From Piromyces finnis finn (Eukaryota > Fungi > Neocallimastigomycota), in contig MCFH01000081.1 in assembly GCA_002104945.1 (NCBI GenBank), positions 1 to 64,000 on the forward strand: DNA of 64,000 bases, given 5' to 3'. This document shows, one piece after another, positions 62,118-64,000 of this stretch. The first letter of the stretch is position 1; each line of letters starts with the position of its first letter. Below the pieces are notes generated by a model, which ran no database searches, was not told where the DNA came from, and worked only from the letters and a program-made list of their open reading frames with translations. The translations under genes and the position numbers were made by a program.

Positions 62118-63528
62118 ATACTATTTTTTAGTTTTATAAATTATAATAAACATTAACTTTTATAATTTCATCTCTTTTTCTATTTAGTAATTCTTCTGTT
62201 ATATGTATATTTAAATAATTAAAATTAAAACAATACCATTAGAGGATAGCATAATAAAAGTATTCATTTTTAGTATTTAGGAGGAAGAAAAACCTTATTC
62301 TGGATAAAAGGATAAATAAATTTTTATTTCATTTTATTATTTTGTGGCGTATAATACCTTTAATATTAATTTAATTCTAAAAATTTAATATAAATCATGA
62401 ATTATATATGGCTTAATATATATAATAAACTCAAAATATGTCAATAATATTGTAAGAACTCATTTTATTTTTTTTATTAGAATTTTAAAAAGTAATTAAC
62501 ATGTAATATTACTTTTACAATATAATATCAAAAAAAAAAAAAAAGACTATATTCTATCATTATAATTAATAGATTATTCTTTTTTAATAATTAAGAAAAT
62601 GGCTAAAATAAAATTTAAAACAAAAATATTTAAAAAGAAAAATTAAATATATCGTTAGTTTAAACCAATCTATTATATTTTTGATACATTCAAAGTATTA
62701 TATATAATATTATATAATTATAAAAAAAAAAAGTTTTAAAGGAATATAATAGTAATAAATGAGATTATGAATAGTTTAATACTAAATAATTCTATTTTAT
62801 TTTACTATGATTATATTAGTACATGTAAAAATAGTATAATAGTAAATTCATTTACCTAAATTTTACCTAAATATAAACTAAATACAAATTTACTTTTTTT
62901 ATCATCACAAAGAATTTTTAATTAAAATTCTGTATTTTTTTTTTTTTTATATATTTACCATTTTCTGTATCTTTTCATTTTTTTCTTATGGTAAAAATGT
63001 TTTTAATTACGAAGGATTAGTTAACTAAATCTTCTTTATTCTTAAACCTTTTTTTTTTTTTTTTTTGAAATAATCTTTATTAGTATTGAAACTCTTATAT
63101 ATGAATATAATGGCTGAATTGAAAAAATATCTTTTCAAAAAAGATAATTAAGCGATTATTAATGAAAAAAAAAAAAAAAAAAAATAAATATATATGTATA
63201 TATATGTATATATAGTAAAAGTAATAATGCTACAAAGAATCTTTTTTTTTTTTTGATTTTAACTTAAATGGATAAAAATGAAAATAACAATAATAAAAAT
63301 AATAAATCAATACCATTTAAAATAAAATAAAAAAAGGAAAAAAAAAAAAAAAAAATAGATTATTATATACGTATATGTTTATATTATCTTTTTTTTTTTT
63401 TTTTAATTTTTATTATTTTTTATTTTTAATTTTATTTCATTAGGTTTATTATATATATATATTTATATTGATATAAAAAATTCATTATTGAATTTTTTTT
63501 TTTTACTTCCTTTCGTTTCCGTTCTTCT

Positions 63529-64000
63529 TTAATAATGACAACAGACGACAGAACGATCATCACCTAAGAAACTCATATACTCAATAAGTATTCTAGCCAT
63601 ATTCTTTAAATTTTCATGATTTTTAATAATTATATCATTATATTTATTTTTAAAGGTACTGTAGTATTTGATAACACCATCAGAAGCTAAAATAAAAAGT
63701 TTTAAATCACAATTAAGAACACTAATAACATCTGGTTGTCTTTTTAGGCCAGGAGCTCTCAATTTATGATGAGGATGGAAATTCATGAGAGCGGAACAAA
63801 GAATAGAAGAGGTATCAAAAGATTCTGGAAGTCTAATATGATTTTTCAATAGTTTTTGCCATCTTTCTTGTTTTATAATAAAGGAACGAATACTTTCATA
63901 GGTATAAGTTACCGGCGATATAGTTCTTAATTCTTCAATGGTCATACCTGTTTTTTCAAATTCAAATTTGAATCGCTTTGGATCAGAAATTGTATGACCG
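63529..64000 (-). CDS. C-terminal part of a hypothetical protein; frame open to the window edge
   Basis: The frame continues upstream of the annotated Met (GHTISDPKRFKFEFEKTG-MTIEEL...), giving at least 156 codons without a stop. Coding-like composition; no family recognised. Confidence 0.6.
   Translation of the reverse strand, partial: GHTISDPKRFKFEFEKTGMTIEELRTISPVTYTYESIRSFIIKQERWQKLLKNHIRLPESFDTSSILCSALMNFHPHHKLRAPGLKRQPDVISVLNCDLKLFILASDGVIKYYSTFKNKYNDIIIKNHENLKNMARILIEYMSFLGDDRSVVCCHY

Overview
Very AT-rich, intron-containing eukaryotic DNA with GT-AG introns, long poly(A/T) runs and AAT/AAAT microsatellites. Composition, gene content and codon usage point to an anaerobic gut fungus (Neocallimastigomycota); this assignment is my inference. 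Genes in order: YME2-like (partial, -), PIM/PAS-kinase-like kinase (+), an intronless orphan ORF (+), a tandem-PH protein (+), a MYND/MSS51-like protein (-), RPL5 (-) and RPL14 (+) head to head, TGFBRAP1/Vps3-like (-), UBAC2/Dsc2-like (-), a kinesin-4 (+), an unknown 3-exon gene (+), a possible single-TM microprotein (+), PRM10/ThrE (-), and a partial orphan ORF (-). The most notable feature is a stack of co-oriented, 5'-truncated non-LTR retrotransposon copies at about 28.6-33.7 kb, just downstream of RPL5. Two nested 13-bp target-site duplications show that copies inserted successively into earlier copies of the same family. The insertion points fall within about 90 bp of each other relative to the RPL5-side flank and share no obvious sequence, which suggests position-specific targeting.
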